Source: a virus
Lineage: Duplodnaviria > Caudoviricetes
Strand: one strand, 5' to 3'
Virus record (IMG/VR): IMGVR_UViG_3300009500_000015
Span: 2,998 to 66,997 of that record
DNA: 64,000 bases
Position numbers and translations under genes: made by a program. The notes beneath the pieces were generated by a model that was given only the letters and a program-made list of their open reading frames with translations, was not told where the DNA came from and searched no databases. Within the stretch, counting starts at the first letter, position 1, and each line of letters opens with the position of its first letter. Below are positions 54,624 through 64,000 of the stretch, one piece after another.

Positions 54624-55049
54624 ATGGCTATCGTTGATGCTGATGTGCCCTACGGGGGCAAGATAAAGATCAACCAAAATGGTGGGATAGCTTCTTGCAC
54701 AGGCTGGGAGCTTGTCTCTAACTTTATCCAGCGGTTGCTTTATACCAATTTTCAAACGGTCGAGCCCTCGGGCGTAGTTGTTAATCCCGACTATATTTGG
54801 CATCCTACTTTCGGCTTAGGGTTGCGCGCCCTAGTGGGCGAGGCCGACTTGTCCATTATTCAGCAAACTTTAAAAACTAAAGCCCTACAGGCTATCGCGG
54901 CGCAACCTAGCGTTGCGACCACGCCCGCGCCAGTCGTTTTGGTCGAGCCAGATCCAAACGACCAAACGGGACATACTCTTTTGGTCTACATTTACCTTTA
55001 TCTGAACTCCGGGCAGGCCCAAACGCTCGGGCTGATATTCGAGGTTTAG
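54624..55049 (+). CDS. Baseplate wedge / sheath initiator (gp25/gpW-like)
   Basis: RLL.T....Y..HP.FGLGL...VG. Confidence 0.75.
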   Translation: MAIVDADVPYGGKIKINQNGGIASCTGWELVSNFIQRLLYTNFQTVEPSGVVVNPDYIWHPTFGLGLRALVGEADLSIIQQTLKTKALQAIAAQPSVATTPAPVVLVEPDPNDQTGHTLLVYIYLYLNSGQAQTLGLIFEV

Positions 55050-55112
55050 GCAATATAATACGGAAAGCGGAGGGTGATCCTACAGCTCAAATTTGAGTAG
55101 AGGAAAGCCCCT

Positions 55113-56282
55113 GTGCCGCCAACCACCCTGACCCAAGCCGAGTTCCTGACCAATTGGATCACAACTTGGTCGGCCGAGATGAACGTCTCGGTAAATCTTG
55201 AGCCTGGCGATTTTGCTCTAGCGGTTGCGGAAGCAGATGTCGGCATGGCCCTCACGCTTCAATTTTTTGGCCAAGCGGTTATCAATTTTGCCCGAGCCCA
55301 AACCTCTACGGGCGTTGACCTTGATAGCTTTTATGCTCAGTTTGGCTTTACCCGCCTGCCTGGTACATTTGCGACCGGACAAGTCACCTTTACTACCGTC
55401 TCGATCCTGACCTCTCCTGTCTATATTCCTGTTGGCAGCACGGTCCAGACGCCAAACGGCGCCATCACCTATACGGTCATTGCGGACAACAGCTTGCCTA
55501 CGTTTAACAGCTCCCAACAGGCATACATAATTCCGATTGGACAAAGCTCGGCAAACGTAGCCGTAATGGCCACCACTACGGGAACGGCTTTCAACGTACA
55601 GGCCGGGCAGCTTACGCAAGTCCAGAGCAATATATTTGGTATAGCGAGCCTCTCCAATACGCTGGCCATCCAAAATGGCACTAACCCCGAGACAGACGCC
55701 GCCTTCCGGACACGGTTTGTGGCCTATATAAACTCTCTCTCAAAGGCGACCGAAGAGGCAATTTTTGAGGCGATCGACAGTCTGCAGACTGGACTAAAGA
55801 TCCAACTAATTGCAAACCAGTTCCTTGTAGGTAATCCGCCCACAAGCGTTATTAATCCCTACTATGGCAACATAATTGCGCTTGTGGACGATGGGACCGG
55901 CAATCCTTCCTCCACTTTGATTAGTGCCGCGACGGCGGCGGTCGATGCTACCGTGGCGTTTGGTATCCAATATCAGGTTCTGAAACCCTTTATCGAAACG
56001 CCGCCCTTTGCCCTACAGGTGGCAATTGGCCCAAGCGGAGTGGAAAATACGGTCATTGGCAATATTCAGTCGGCCATCGTCACTTACGTTAATGCCCTGC
56101 CGATTGGCGCAACCGTATTTTTGAGCCAAATTATAGCGATAGCCCAAGATGCCGATCCGAACGTCACGGAGGTTGTTCCCCACTCGGCTACGATTAATGG
56201 GCTTGAGGCAAACTATGTGCTCACTATCTATCAGGAAACCTTGATTACGGCTGAAAATGTGTCAGTAACGGTAGCGACCTAA
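55113..56282 (+). CDS. Baseplate J / gp47-like protein
   Basis: TGVDLD....FG.TRLPGTFATG.VTF; G...ETDAAFR.R. Confidence 0.88.
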   Translation: MPPTTLTQAEFLTNWITTWSAEMNVSVNLEPGDFALAVAEADVGMALTLQFFGQAVINFARAQTSTGVDLDSFYAQFGFTRLPGTFATGQVTFTTVSILTSPVYIPVGSTVQTPNGAITYTVIADNSLPTFNSSQQAYIIPIGQSSANVAVMATTTGTAFNVQAGQLTQVQSNIFGIASLSNTLAIQNGTNPETDAAFRTRFVAYINSLSKATEEAIFEAIDSLQTGLKIQLIANQFLVGNPPTSVINPYYGNIIALVDDGTGNPSSTLISAATAAVDATVAFGIQYQVLKPFIETPPFALQVAIGPSGVENTVIGNIQSAIVTYVNALPIGATVFLSQIIAIAQDADPNVTEVVPHSATINGLEANYVLTIYQETLITAENVSVTVAT

Positions 56283-57703
56283 TGCCAGGACCAAACCCCA
56301 CAAACATTGAGAATCTAACAAAAGAACAATGGGCAGAGGATGCGCTAGCCGTATTCCCAACTACTTGGGTTGATCCGACCGACATTATGCCGGTCGATCC
56401 GCTAAGTCCTACAGGCGGGGCGGGCGGCACCTATGGGCTATTTGTCTCTAACGGGGCGAACCTTGCGATCATCAACCAGTTTTTGACCTATGCGTTCGAC
56501 GCATCAAGAATCCAAACGGCAACAAACGGCGCTCTTGATCTAGCGGCTGATGATTTTTATGGGGTAGGGGGTCTGCCCCGAAAGCCTGCCGAAAGTGACG
56601 ATAGCTACCGTCAGCGCATAACATCTGGGCTTTTTATTCCCTATACGACCAAAGAGGCATTTATTCAGGCCATAACGGCCCTTACGGGTTATGCCCCAAG
56701 ACTAATTAGCCCTAACTTGCCCCAAGATACTGCCGCATACGATTGGTCCTACTGGGATATAGACGACTATCCCCAGAGGCCCTCTCTTTATGGAAGCAGC
56801 ACGCTTGATCAGGGGGAGCGTTATCAGGCGGCGATTATCGCTACTCTTCCAACCCCAAGCGGTCCGGCCACCCCGGTTCCAATATGGGGCTATGATGCGG
56901 GCGCCGCCTATGATACTTGGGAAGGCACCTACTGGAATCTTTTAGCCCAAAATTTTGTAAGTCCTGCCGAACTGGATGCGCTGATCAATCGGATCAAGGC
57001 TTTTGGGATCACCATTTGGCGCAAATATATAAATATTGAGTCAAGCCCCTTCCCTATTCCCAACACGTTTATTGTGGCGAACGGCACCTATACGCTAAGC
57101 CCATCGGTCACGCCGAACGCTCAATTTATAGCCCTAGCGTCCGGAAGTTGGAATGCGGCCTATTGTGTCACGGGCTTTGAGGCCCAGCAGTTCACCATCA
57201 ATATCAATACGCCCGCCCCTTCGGGCGCGTCAATTTACTATTGCGCAATACCCATTAATCTGCCGGGGGTAGGCTTTACATCCGTAATTGGCGATACGGT
57301 CAGCATACCGGTGCCCTTGCCGCCCGCAAGCCCGAGTCAATATTGTTCGGTTTCCACAAGCTGGAATACTAACGTCTGGATGGAGACAATAACGAGCAGT
57401 TCGATTACGCTCAAGTTTTCAAACCCCGCGCCTGTCGGGTCGGTGCTTCAATATTACTTTGCTCCTGGCAACCGAGCGGGCGCCCAAGCCTATACGGCCG
57501 CCTCGGTCATTGCCAATAATAATGTTTTGAATATCCCGATCCCGAGCCTTGGGAGAAAAGGGGCTATTTTTGCTCTTCCGACTTACAATACCCAAATGGC
57601 CCTAAGCATCACCGATACGGGCATGAGCATAAAGTTCAATACCCCTCCGCCTGCCGATAGTTTCGTCTACTTCACGTTCTTTCCTCTGCAAAGCGGCGCT
57701 TAG
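56282..57703 (+). CDS. Baseplate wedge protein (gpI/gp48-like) with C-terminal extension
   Basis: QTATNGALDL.A.DF.G...L.RK..ESDDSYR.RI. Confidence 0.7.
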   Translation: MPGPNPTNIENLTKEQWAEDALAVFPTTWVDPTDIMPVDPLSPTGGAGGTYGLFVSNGANLAIINQFLTYAFDASRIQTATNGALDLAADDFYGVGGLPRKPAESDDSYRQRITSGLFIPYTTKEAFIQAITALTGYAPRLISPNLPQDTAAYDWSYWDIDDYPQRPSLYGSSTLDQGERYQAAIIATLPTPSGPATPVPIWGYDAGAAYDTWEGTYWNLLAQNFVSPAELDALINRIKAFGITIWRKYINIESSPFPIPNTFIVANGTYTLSPSVTPNAQFIALASGSWNAAYCVTGFEAQQFTININTPAPSGASIYYCAIPINLPGVGFTSVIGDTVSIPVPLPPASPSQYCSVSTSWNTNVWMETITSSSITLKFSNPAPVGSVLQYYFAPGNRAGAQAYTAASVIANNNVLNIPIPSLGRKGAIFALPTYNTQMALSITDTGMSIKFNTPPPADSFVYFTFFPLQSGA

Positions 57704-57766
57704 GCTTTATAATTCGATTAAGCGCGGGGCGATCCCGAAGCAAGAAATACTTGTTTCGGAGATCTC

Positions 57767-59452
57767 ATGGCTAACCGCTCGATAGTTTATTCGCTAGAAC
57801 AAATTCGCTCATTCGACACATTGATGAGCTGGCGTGATGGTATCTACTCGGACGGCTGGCTAGGTCGTTTGTTCCTAGGCAATACGAACGGCGTTTGGTC
57901 TGGCTTCACCCCAAGCCAAACGATCCCGACCCCTACACTTGCTATAAATTTTGCAGAAGGCTGGCTCTTGCAGCTTGCGGAAGTTGATGCCACCGTATAT
58001 GGTTCGCTCGGATCGGACGCCACGCAGGTTGTGCAAAACGCCTACGGACCCGCCCAAACTCTAACGTTTACCACGGGTGGACTCACTGCCGGTCAGTCAC
58101 AGTTTGTTTTGGTGCAATGTCAATTCCAGCAGATCGACGCGGTACGTAGCGGAGATCCTAACGGCGGCGTTCTGCCCTACATAAATACAGCCGATCCAAA
58201 CAATCCACTTTTCGGTCCGAATAATTCCGGCGCCATGCAGGATACCGAAAGGCAGTCAGTAGCGGTTTTGGAGCTTAAATATGGGGTTCCGGCCACAAGC
58301 GGCATGGAGGTTGCGCCCTCGCCCGACAGTGGCTGGCTTCCAATGTATTTGGTTGACCTCACCTATGGGCAGCTTACAATTTCGACCGGTCAGGTGGTGC
58401 TTGCCGGACCTGCAGCATACACCGGCTATCAAAATGCTCCTTATTTTCCTGGCATCACGGGTAGTGCGCCGGGCAGTAGCGGTAGTCACCATGGTGGCAT
58501 AGCCGGACAGGCCAACAAGATTAATGCGGGCACTGAGCTTGCCGGTACGATAGGATTCGCCCAACTGCCCGTAAGCAATACGAATCCGGCCAGCGTCGGG
58601 GGGATCGTTACGGTAGCGGGCGATATCCCAATCCTTACCCAAGTTAATGCCAATCCAAATGGTAATCTGGCGGGCAATGTGAATGATGTGGCGTTCCTGG
58701 GGTCGCCATTCAATACGATCTACGTCTGTACCACGTCGGGCAGCAGCACGACGGCCGTATGGAGCGCGGCAGGCCAGGGAAATGTTTCCCAATACAAAAA
58801 CTCTGCCTTTACGGTTGCGCCTGGAAATTTTGTTTATCTTTGTGATACTGGATCTGGTGCCTTTAGTGCGACCCTTCCGCTAGCGGCCAATATGTCGGGC
58901 ACGGGCGTTACGTTTATAAATATCGGCACAAGCGCCCTGACCATAACGCCACAGTCTGGCGAATCCATTGAGTTTGGGGCATCCGGAGCGGGCATCACGC
59001 TGAATGTCCAGGGCGACTACATTACCCTTTATCCACGCGCTAGCGTCGGTTGGTTCAATACGGCTCGGTCTGATTATCCGGGCGTTATCAAAATGCACAA
59101 AACTGGCATACCGATACCTATCGGTTGGGCATTGTGCGACGGGACAAACGGAACAAACAATATGCTTGGTGTCTATCCGGTTGGCGCAAGACCAACTGGC
59201 TCTAGCTCTCCGGCCAACACTAATGGTTATGGCATCCTAACGGCAGGGGCCAATGTGGGGACTAATTTCCACTCCCACACGTTTACTTTGGACTTCACAT
59301 CCCAAACGATCAACAACCTTGGGGCGGGCGGCTCAAATCTTTTGTCTTTGGGCACCTTCCAGCACAATCACGTTATTGCCACAACGACCGGCACGGATAA
59401 TAGTAGTTTTGCGCCTGCCGCAGTGGGCGTTGTGTTTATTCAGAAATTATAA
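57767..59452 (+). CDS. Tail fibre protein with C-terminal collar domain
   Basis: IPIGWALCDGTNGT.NMLG.YP.GA collar-like motif. Confidence 0.75.
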   Translation: MANRSIVYSLEQIRSFDTLMSWRDGIYSDGWLGRLFLGNTNGVWSGFTPSQTIPTPTLAINFAEGWLLQLAEVDATVYGSLGSDATQVVQNAYGPAQTLTFTTGGLTAGQSQFVLVQCQFQQIDAVRSGDPNGGVLPYINTADPNNPLFGPNNSGAMQDTERQSVAVLELKYGVPATSGMEVAPSPDSGWLPMYLVDLTYGQLTISTGQVVLAGPAAYTGYQNAPYFPGITGSAPGSSGSHHGGIAGQANKINAGTELAGTIGFAQLPVSNTNPASVGGIVTVAGDIPILTQVNANPNGNLAGNVNDVAFLGSPFNTIYVCTTSGSSTTAVWSAAGQGNVSQYKNSAFTVAPGNFVYLCDTGSGAFSATLPLAANMSGTGVTFINIGTSALTITPQSGESIEFGASGAGITLNVQGDYITLYPRASVGWFNTARSDYPGVIKMHKTGIPIPIGWALCDGTNGTNNMLGVYPVGARPTGSSSPANTNGYGILTAGANVGTNFHSHTFTLDFTSQTINNLGAGGSNLLSLGTFQHNHVIATTTGTDNSSFAPAAVGVVFIQKL

Positions 59453-59463
59453 AAGAGGTACGA

Positions 59464-61335
59464 ATGTTCAGACGGATTCTTCTAGCCCTAACGCTCGCGC
59501 TCGCCCCAATGGGAGCCAGCGCTCAAGATGTCGGGCTCTTTGCCCTGCCCAGAGCGGACCTCAGTCCACTGGCACGACTAACCTGGACATTCGATCCCAA
59601 CACGCCAGGCGATCTCTTTTGGTTCAACGGCTCAAGCGTTTGGGTCCAAAAGACGCCGCCATTTTTCACTTTGAATAATACGAGCGCCCCCACGGTCTCG
59701 ACAGACAATACGCTCGGTTATGCTCAAGGTTCCATCTATGTGGATTCTACCCACAATCAGGTCTATATCTGTAGTAATGCGGCTACTGGTGCGGCAGTCT
59801 GGACCCAAATTAGCAACAGTGCTCTGAGCAGCCTCACGGTAGGCAACCTGTCTAACGTTTTTACCGCAACTTTCAATCCGGCAAGTAGCCCGATGTTGCA
59901 ATTCAGCCAAGTGGCTGTCTCTGGGCCCACGTGGTCTGGCAACAATACGACAGGCTCCGGGCCCGTGACAAACAATACGGGTCTTATCCCGCAGGCTTTA
60001 GGTGGGGCGGGCGTTGGTCAAAGCAGCAGCGTCGATCGGCTCCTAATGGCCCAGCATACAAGCACGGCAAACGGCTACAGTTCTTTAACGAGCTCTGATA
60101 GTTCGGTCACAATCAATATAACCAACGGGAATGTTGATCTCAAGACGAACGCCCCAAACGTCTCGGGAAATACTTGGGTAGGCAATGCGACTGGCACAAG
60201 CGGTCAGGCGACCAACAATAGTTTTGGCTCAACTAATTTTACCGTCTTGGGTCTTAATGGCTCGACCCTTCCCGCTATGCTCAATTTTGTCGGCGCTGGC
60301 GGCACCACAGTCAGTGGCAGTGGCAACACCATAACGATCACCGGCGGGGGTGGCGGCAGTTCTGGTTGGAAATGGGGCGGTACGGGCTCGCAAGGTGCTG
60401 GTTCTTTTCCTTCTGGCACAAGTCATGATGATGATGGCACGCAGTATGATTTCACCACCTACAGTGTAAGTGCTGGCGCTACTCATAAAGTCCCACACCA
60501 TGCGGTTATTCAATGTACCGGCACGGCCAACGTGGCCGGCACCCTAAAGGTACAGCCTGGCATGGGTTGTGTTGGGGGCAATGGGGGCGCGTCTGAATAT
60601 ATCAAACCTTCCACGACGGCCAATAGGGCTGGTGGTGGTGGCGGTGGTGGTTGTAGTCCCAACGGCGCGGGCACAAGTCCTGGCGGTGCTGGCGGTGGCG
60701 ATCCACTTGGCGAACTAACAGGCGGCCTTGGCGGACAGGGCGGCACATTCAATGCGCTAGAAGGGGGCGCCGGCGGGATGAATGCTGGTGTCTATAGTCA
60801 ACAAGATGTAGCGCCAGGCGGCACCGTTTCGATTGCGGCCGTCGGGGCAATCACCGTTAGTGGCACGATCAACACGTCCGCTAGCGCTACTGCGGGTGGT
60901 GCTGGTTTTGGCGGGGGATCTGGCGGCGTGGCCAATCTCATGTCGCAAGTTTCCATAAGCCTGACCTCTACTTGCATATTGACCTCAAACGGACAGCCTG
61001 GGGGCAATGGCAGCTCGACGGTCGGCAATGGTGGGGGCGGTGGTTGTGGGTTGGTTGTTTGTTATGCGCCAGTCATCAATATTGATCCGGCCGTTACTTA
61101 TAATTTTAACGGCGGGGCAGCCGGCACGGGCAGTACGGGCACATCCGCTAGCGCCGGCACAAGTATTACGGATGGTAATGTCTATGAGATCATAGGCACC
61201 CCCGTAGCGCCCTATATTAGCTACGACATTAAGGCGGCGGAAATTATGGCGGCTCTAAGCGGCCGCCACCGGTTCAAGCAAGAGGAAGTTCGCCCATTGG
61301 CCTTGAGCCTAATGGATCGGGAAACGCAAAGGTAG
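59464..61335 (+). CDS. Gly-rich fibre/adhesin-like protein with signal peptide
   Basis: MFRRILLALTLALAPMGASAQ; APTV..D...GY..GS..VD motif; PE-PGRS-like GG.GG repeats. Confidence 0.65.
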   Translation: MFRRILLALTLALAPMGASAQDVGLFALPRADLSPLARLTWTFDPNTPGDLFWFNGSSVWVQKTPPFFTLNNTSAPTVSTDNTLGYAQGSIYVDSTHNQVYICSNAATGAAVWTQISNSALSSLTVGNLSNVFTATFNPASSPMLQFSQVAVSGPTWSGNNTTGSGPVTNNTGLIPQALGGAGVGQSSSVDRLLMAQHTSTANGYSSLTSSDSSVTINITNGNVDLKTNAPNVSGNTWVGNATGTSGQATNNSFGSTNFTVLGLNGSTLPAMLNFVGAGGTTVSGSGNTITITGGGGGSSGWKWGGTGSQGAGSFPSGTSHDDDGTQYDFTTYSVSAGATHKVPHHAVIQCTGTANVAGTLKVQPGMGCVGGNGGASEYIKPSTTANRAGGGGGGGCSPNGAGTSPGGAGGGDPLGELTGGLGGQGGTFNALEGGAGGMNAGVYSQQDVAPGGTVSIAAVGAITVSGTINTSASATAGGAGFGGGSGGVANLMSQVSISLTSTCILTSNGQPGGNGSSTVGNGGGGGCGLVVCYAPVINIDPAVTYNFNGGAAGTGSTGTSASAGTSITDGNVYEIIGTPVAPYISYDIKAAEIMAALSGRHRFKQEEVRPLALSLMDRETQR

Positions 61336-61382
61336 ATCTGATCGTCTAGAGCGGGTGATTTCCCGACAGGAGAAAAACAATA

Positions 61383-61502
61383 ATGAACGGAAGATTCAAC
61401 AAGGCCCTGACCTGGATTATAGACATTCCAATCGCCCTTCTGGTGGGCGCTATTGTAATTTACGCTTTGGAGCCAGTTTTCAAAGCTATAGCACTACGCT
61501 AA
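61383..61502 (+). CDS. Small single-TM peptide (39 aa)
   Basis: AGGAG RBS; MNGRFNKALTWIIDIPIALLVGAIVIYALEPVFKAIALR. Confidence 0.5.
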   Translation: MNGRFNKALTWIIDIPIALLVGAIVIYALEPVFKAIALR

Positions 61503-61512
61503 AAGGAGCCTT

Positions 61513-61749
61513 ATGCACGGCAGGCTCCTAATTGCTGGCGGGGTAGTGTTTGCCGCTACCGTATTGTTTGTAGCTGCCTATATTGCCAATGGATATGGCC
61601 AGTTGCACTCAACCGGCCTTTATAATGTACCGCCAGAACTTGTGGACCTCTTCAAGCTAATCTTGGGAAGCGCTATAGCGGTCCTGACCTTAAGTACCTT
61701 ACGGCTAGCGAGATCGGACGATGCCCAAAATGAAAACAACGATGAGTAA
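61513..61749 (+). CDS. Putative holin
   Basis: Two hydrophobic segments, AAGGAG RBS, directly before the endolysin. Confidence 0.55.
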   Translation: MHGRLLIAGGVVFAATVLFVAAYIANGYGQLHSTGLYNVPPELVDLFKLILGSAIAVLTLSTLRLARSDDAQNENNDE

Positions 61750-62212
61750 TAAATATCCGGCTGGACTTACCGAAGAGGTAATAGAGCTGGCGTTGAAATA
61801 TCAGCAAGAGTTCAAGGTGCCGGCTTGCGTAACGATAGCCCAATATGGGCTAGAAAGCGCTTGGGGCGGCAAGCATTTGGGCTCGGCGAACAATTATTTT
61901 GGCATCAAGGCGATTGCTGGCCACCCGTCCGTAGAGGTCACGACCGACGAGTATGTGGGAGGGCGGGAAATTGTCCAAAAGGCCAATTTTGCTGTTTTTG
62001 ACACTATGGATGCTTGCTTTGCATATCACAGTCAGCTATTGGCTAATCCGCATGGCCCCTATGGGGGAGCGCTCTATTGCATTAATGATTGGCGAAAATG
62101 GTTGCAAAAAATTGCCCCTGTCTACGCCACCGACCCCAAATATTTCGACAAGCTTTGCGAGATAATTGAGGACTTTAAGCTAGATCAGATAGGGCCGGCC
62201 GTTCCAAGCTAG
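61742..62212 (+). CDS. Endolysin, GH73 glucosaminidase (FlgJ-like)
   Basis: TIAQYGLESAWG...NNYFGIKA...YATDPKY. Confidence 0.9.
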   Translation: MSNKYPAGLTEEVIELALKYQQEFKVPACVTIAQYGLESAWGGKHLGSANNYFGIKAIAGHPSVEVTTDEYVGGREIVQKANFAVFDTMDACFAYHSQLLANPHGPYGGALYCINDWRKWLQKIAPVYATDPKYFDKLCEIIEDFKLDQIGPAVPS

Positions 62213-62393
62213 TGACAATCGCACTGAAGGCGCCAGCTTGGCATTTTACGCACGAGACATAAATTACCAAGCCACAATCGTCCACTTGCTTTGTCACTTG
62301 AACTGACCGCAGGCTAAAGGGGTGGTGGCAAACATTGCATTCTCGGTTTCGTATCGTCTCAAAAAATTGCTGCCTGGCAGACTCTTTATTCAT
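62175..62393 (-). CDS. Zn-ribbon hypothetical protein
   Basis: CNVC...CVKC. Confidence 0.5.
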   Translation of the reverse strand: MNKESARQQFFETIRNRECNVCHHPFSLRSVQVTKQVDDCGLVIYVSCVKCQAGAFSAIVTSLERPALSDLA

Positions 62394-62787
62394 TTGTTAT
62401 TACCTCAAATAGTGCCTCTAGTTTGTGTAAGGGTAGGTCTGGGACCAAGTAGACCATTTTTTGTGCCCTCATGGCAAGATCTATCAGGTGATATGTGTTA
62501 GAGCACCATTTGTCTAGAAAGCACACAATCAGATCGGCCTCGTCTACAAGCTTTTGATTTCGCTCGTTGCAGTGCATTTTGAACACATCCGCATCGTGCG
62601 GTCCTTTTGGAATGTTGAAAATCTTATGCTGATAGCCAGTTAGCTTTGCCTCCTCAAATGCCCAAGTGCATGGGCCAGGCATAGCGGTAGTTAGTATTTT
62701 GCTATCAACGGTTCTTATCTGTCCGATAAGCTCGCTGACTAACTGCCTGTTGCCAAACTCCTTATTGCCAACGATAGCTATTTTCAT
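62386..62787 (-). CDS. SLOG/YspA-like (DUF2493) protein
   Basis: MKIAIVG...F...A...RNQKLVDEADLIVCF...S..T...I..A. Confidence 0.7.
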   Translation of the reverse strand: MKIAIVGNKEFGNRQLVSELIGQIRTVDSKILTTAMPGPCTWAFEEAKLTGYQHKIFNIPKGPHDADVFKMHCNERNQKLVDEADLIVCFLDKWCSNTYHLIDLAMRAQKMVYLVPDLPLHKLEALFEVITNE

Positions 62788-63828
62788 TTAGACAAAGTCC
62801 TCCCCGCTAAAAGCCGCCGCGTTTGCCTCGTCGTCATCTAACGAACTGTCATAGCGTTCGGGCAAGATTTCCTCTTCTGGTTCGGCTATCGGCAGGGCTT
62901 CCGCTTCTATTGGGGCCTCGGTTTCGGGCTCCTCTTGTTTAAGATCGACGGGCTTCTCTTTCTTACCAGGACGGCCGGCCTTTTTCTTGGGCTCTTCGGT
63001 CAGGTCTTTTACTTCGGCATCCGGAATGATCTTTTCAAACCAATAATCTGGTTTACTGGCACCATCTTTCAAAGACGTATAGATGCCCCGCAAGTGAACC
63101 ATTTGGGTCTCATCAATACTGTCGGCCGCACATTGCATACGAGCCTCTATCTGCTCGCGCGTAACCTTGAAGTCTTTTGAGAAGGCCTCGAGCATTTTGC
63201 CTATGCGTTCTTTGAGGGGCGTTTTGTGCCCATGCTTCAACGTTTCACCCACCTGCCTGACCGCATCGGTAATTAGCGCAAAATCCAAGCAGCGCTCTAC
63301 TTGTTTGCGCATGCGCCTAACGGCCAGATTGGCCACATGATAATAGACGTCATCCGGACTATCGATCAGCTCTTTTTTGCCATGCGCCTTGCGAACGTGT
63401 GGAATTATCAGGCCTTGGCCATTTATGTTGAGCGCCTCCATATCGATACACCAGACACCTACCTCGCTGTAGCCAGCGTTTGAGAGCGCTATAGTATCGA
63501 CCGATCCGTCTGGCCCGGTTGGTACGGGTCCGAGTATTTTCCACCCGTAATTCAGCCGACCATATTTGCTCGCTATCGTTTCGATAAGTCGAATAGAAGG
63601 CCCGGAGATTAGAGTTCCACCTCGGCGGAATGTATAGAGGGCGCTTTCGGCTAAAGTAAGATTCTGACATGCTTTCATAACCTTCTGATGGATAGCCTCA
63701 TCATCGCGCGGGTTAGATAAAGCTATCTGATAGATAGCGCTCACCTCGGCCATAAGTTGGCTTTTGTGAGCCTCTAGGGCGGCACTACCCACGGTGCTAA
63801 GTTGTCTATTTGTAGTGTTGCTACTCAT
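62788..63828 (-). CDS. Putative ssDNA-annealing/recombination protein with acidic C-terminal tail
   Basis: PRD...C....LAESALYTF.RGG..I.GPSIRL.E.IA..YG.L.YG conserved phage motif; ends ...AFSGEDFV (SSB-like acidic-aromatic tip); family assignment uncertain. Confidence 0.5.
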   Translation of the reverse strand: MSSNTTNRQLSTVGSAALEAHKSQLMAEVSAIYQIALSNPRDDEAIHQKVMKACQNLTLAESALYTFRRGGTLISGPSIRLIETIASKYGRLNYGWKILGPVPTGPDGSVDTIALSNAGYSEVGVWCIDMEALNINGQGLIIPHVRKAHGKKELIDSPDDVYYHVANLAVRRMRKQVERCLDFALITDAVRQVGETLKHGHKTPLKERIGKMLEAFSKDFKVTREQIEARMQCAADSIDETQMVHLRGIYTSLKDGASKPDYWFEKIIPDAEVKDLTEEPKKKAGRPGKKEKPVDLKQEEPETEAPIEAEALPIAEPEEEILPERYDSSLDDDEANAAAFSGEDFV

Positions 63829-63852
63829 TTGTTTTTTTCCTTTATTGGCTTT

Positions 63853-64000
63853 CTGACCTTGACCATGACCCTGACACTGACCCTGACGCTGACCCTGGCC
63901 ATGACCTTGACCATGACCATGGCCCTGACCTTGACCATGACCATGACGATGACCCTGACCATGACCTTGACCATGACCCTGACCCTGACCCTGGCCATGA
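63853..64000. repeat. Hexamer tandem repeat (TGACCH)n, about 24 copies, probably the low-complexity 3' end of a truncated minus-strand ORF
   Basis: TGACCT/TGACCA/TGACCC; minus-strand frames read (SW/SG/SR)n, (GH/GQ)n or (VM/VR/VK)n. Confidence 0.85.

Larger units (their letters stand above)
1..64000. mobile_element. Bacteriophage/prophage genome segment, contractile-tailed (myovirus morphology)
   Basis: TerL, portal-like, capsid, sheath, tube, tape measure, baseplate J, endolysin and dense small early ORFs; no host core genes recognised in the window. Confidence 0.95.

Noticed and set aside
57767-61335. Diversity-generating retroelement acting on the fibre genes
   Set aside because: No reverse transcriptase ORF and no TR/VR repeat pair with adenine-specific mismatches was noticed
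61340-61375. Additional dual-motif array before the lysis genes (GATCGTCT-A...)
   Set aside because: Only one B-type motif and no periodic continuation
1-64000. Genome-wide TAG reassignment (genetic code 15)
   Set aside because: Long genes (TerL, MCP, TMP, sheath) are uninterrupted in the standard code, and TAGs fall at plausible gene ends
1-64000. Integrase or attachment sites defining a prophage
   Set aside because: No tyrosine or serine recombinase or host junction was recognised in the window; lifestyle cannot be determined

Overview
The whole 64 kb window is a bacteriophage genome segment with a contractile (myovirus-type) tail. No host housekeeping genes, integrase or cas genes were recognised. 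Layout: (i) 0.4-3.4 kb: an IS110-C-terminal/Nop-like gene, an HNH gene, a TerS-like gene and an ASCH-like gene. (ii) 3.4-10.7 kb, minus strand: exported and fibre-like genes. (iii) 10.7-15.3 kb: a biotinyl-domain gene, a permuted NlpC/P60 gene and TerL carrying an intein. (iv) 15.3-32.4 kb: mostly leftward small early genes plus RuvC, DUF3310, a ParB-DNA methylase and a C1 peptidase. (v) 32.5-62.2 kb: portal, capsid, sheath, tube, tape measure, baseplate, fibres and lysis genes, with two atypical tRNAs and a Pth2-like gene inserted. The main finding is five non-coding arrays (375-524, 1499-1578, 2690-3105, 20062-20402, and 24719-25248 on the minus strand). All have a ~35-nt period and alternate two short motifs, GAnnGAnnnA and GAnnGTnnA, separated by ~8-nt variable segments. 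Two of them flank the nuclease-less Nop-like gene (541-1488). This is the architecture of a TIGR-Tas-like RNA-guided system, but the box motifs differ from the CCA/TG boxes I recall for described TIGR arrays. All calls come from reading the sequence by eye; no database searches were run.
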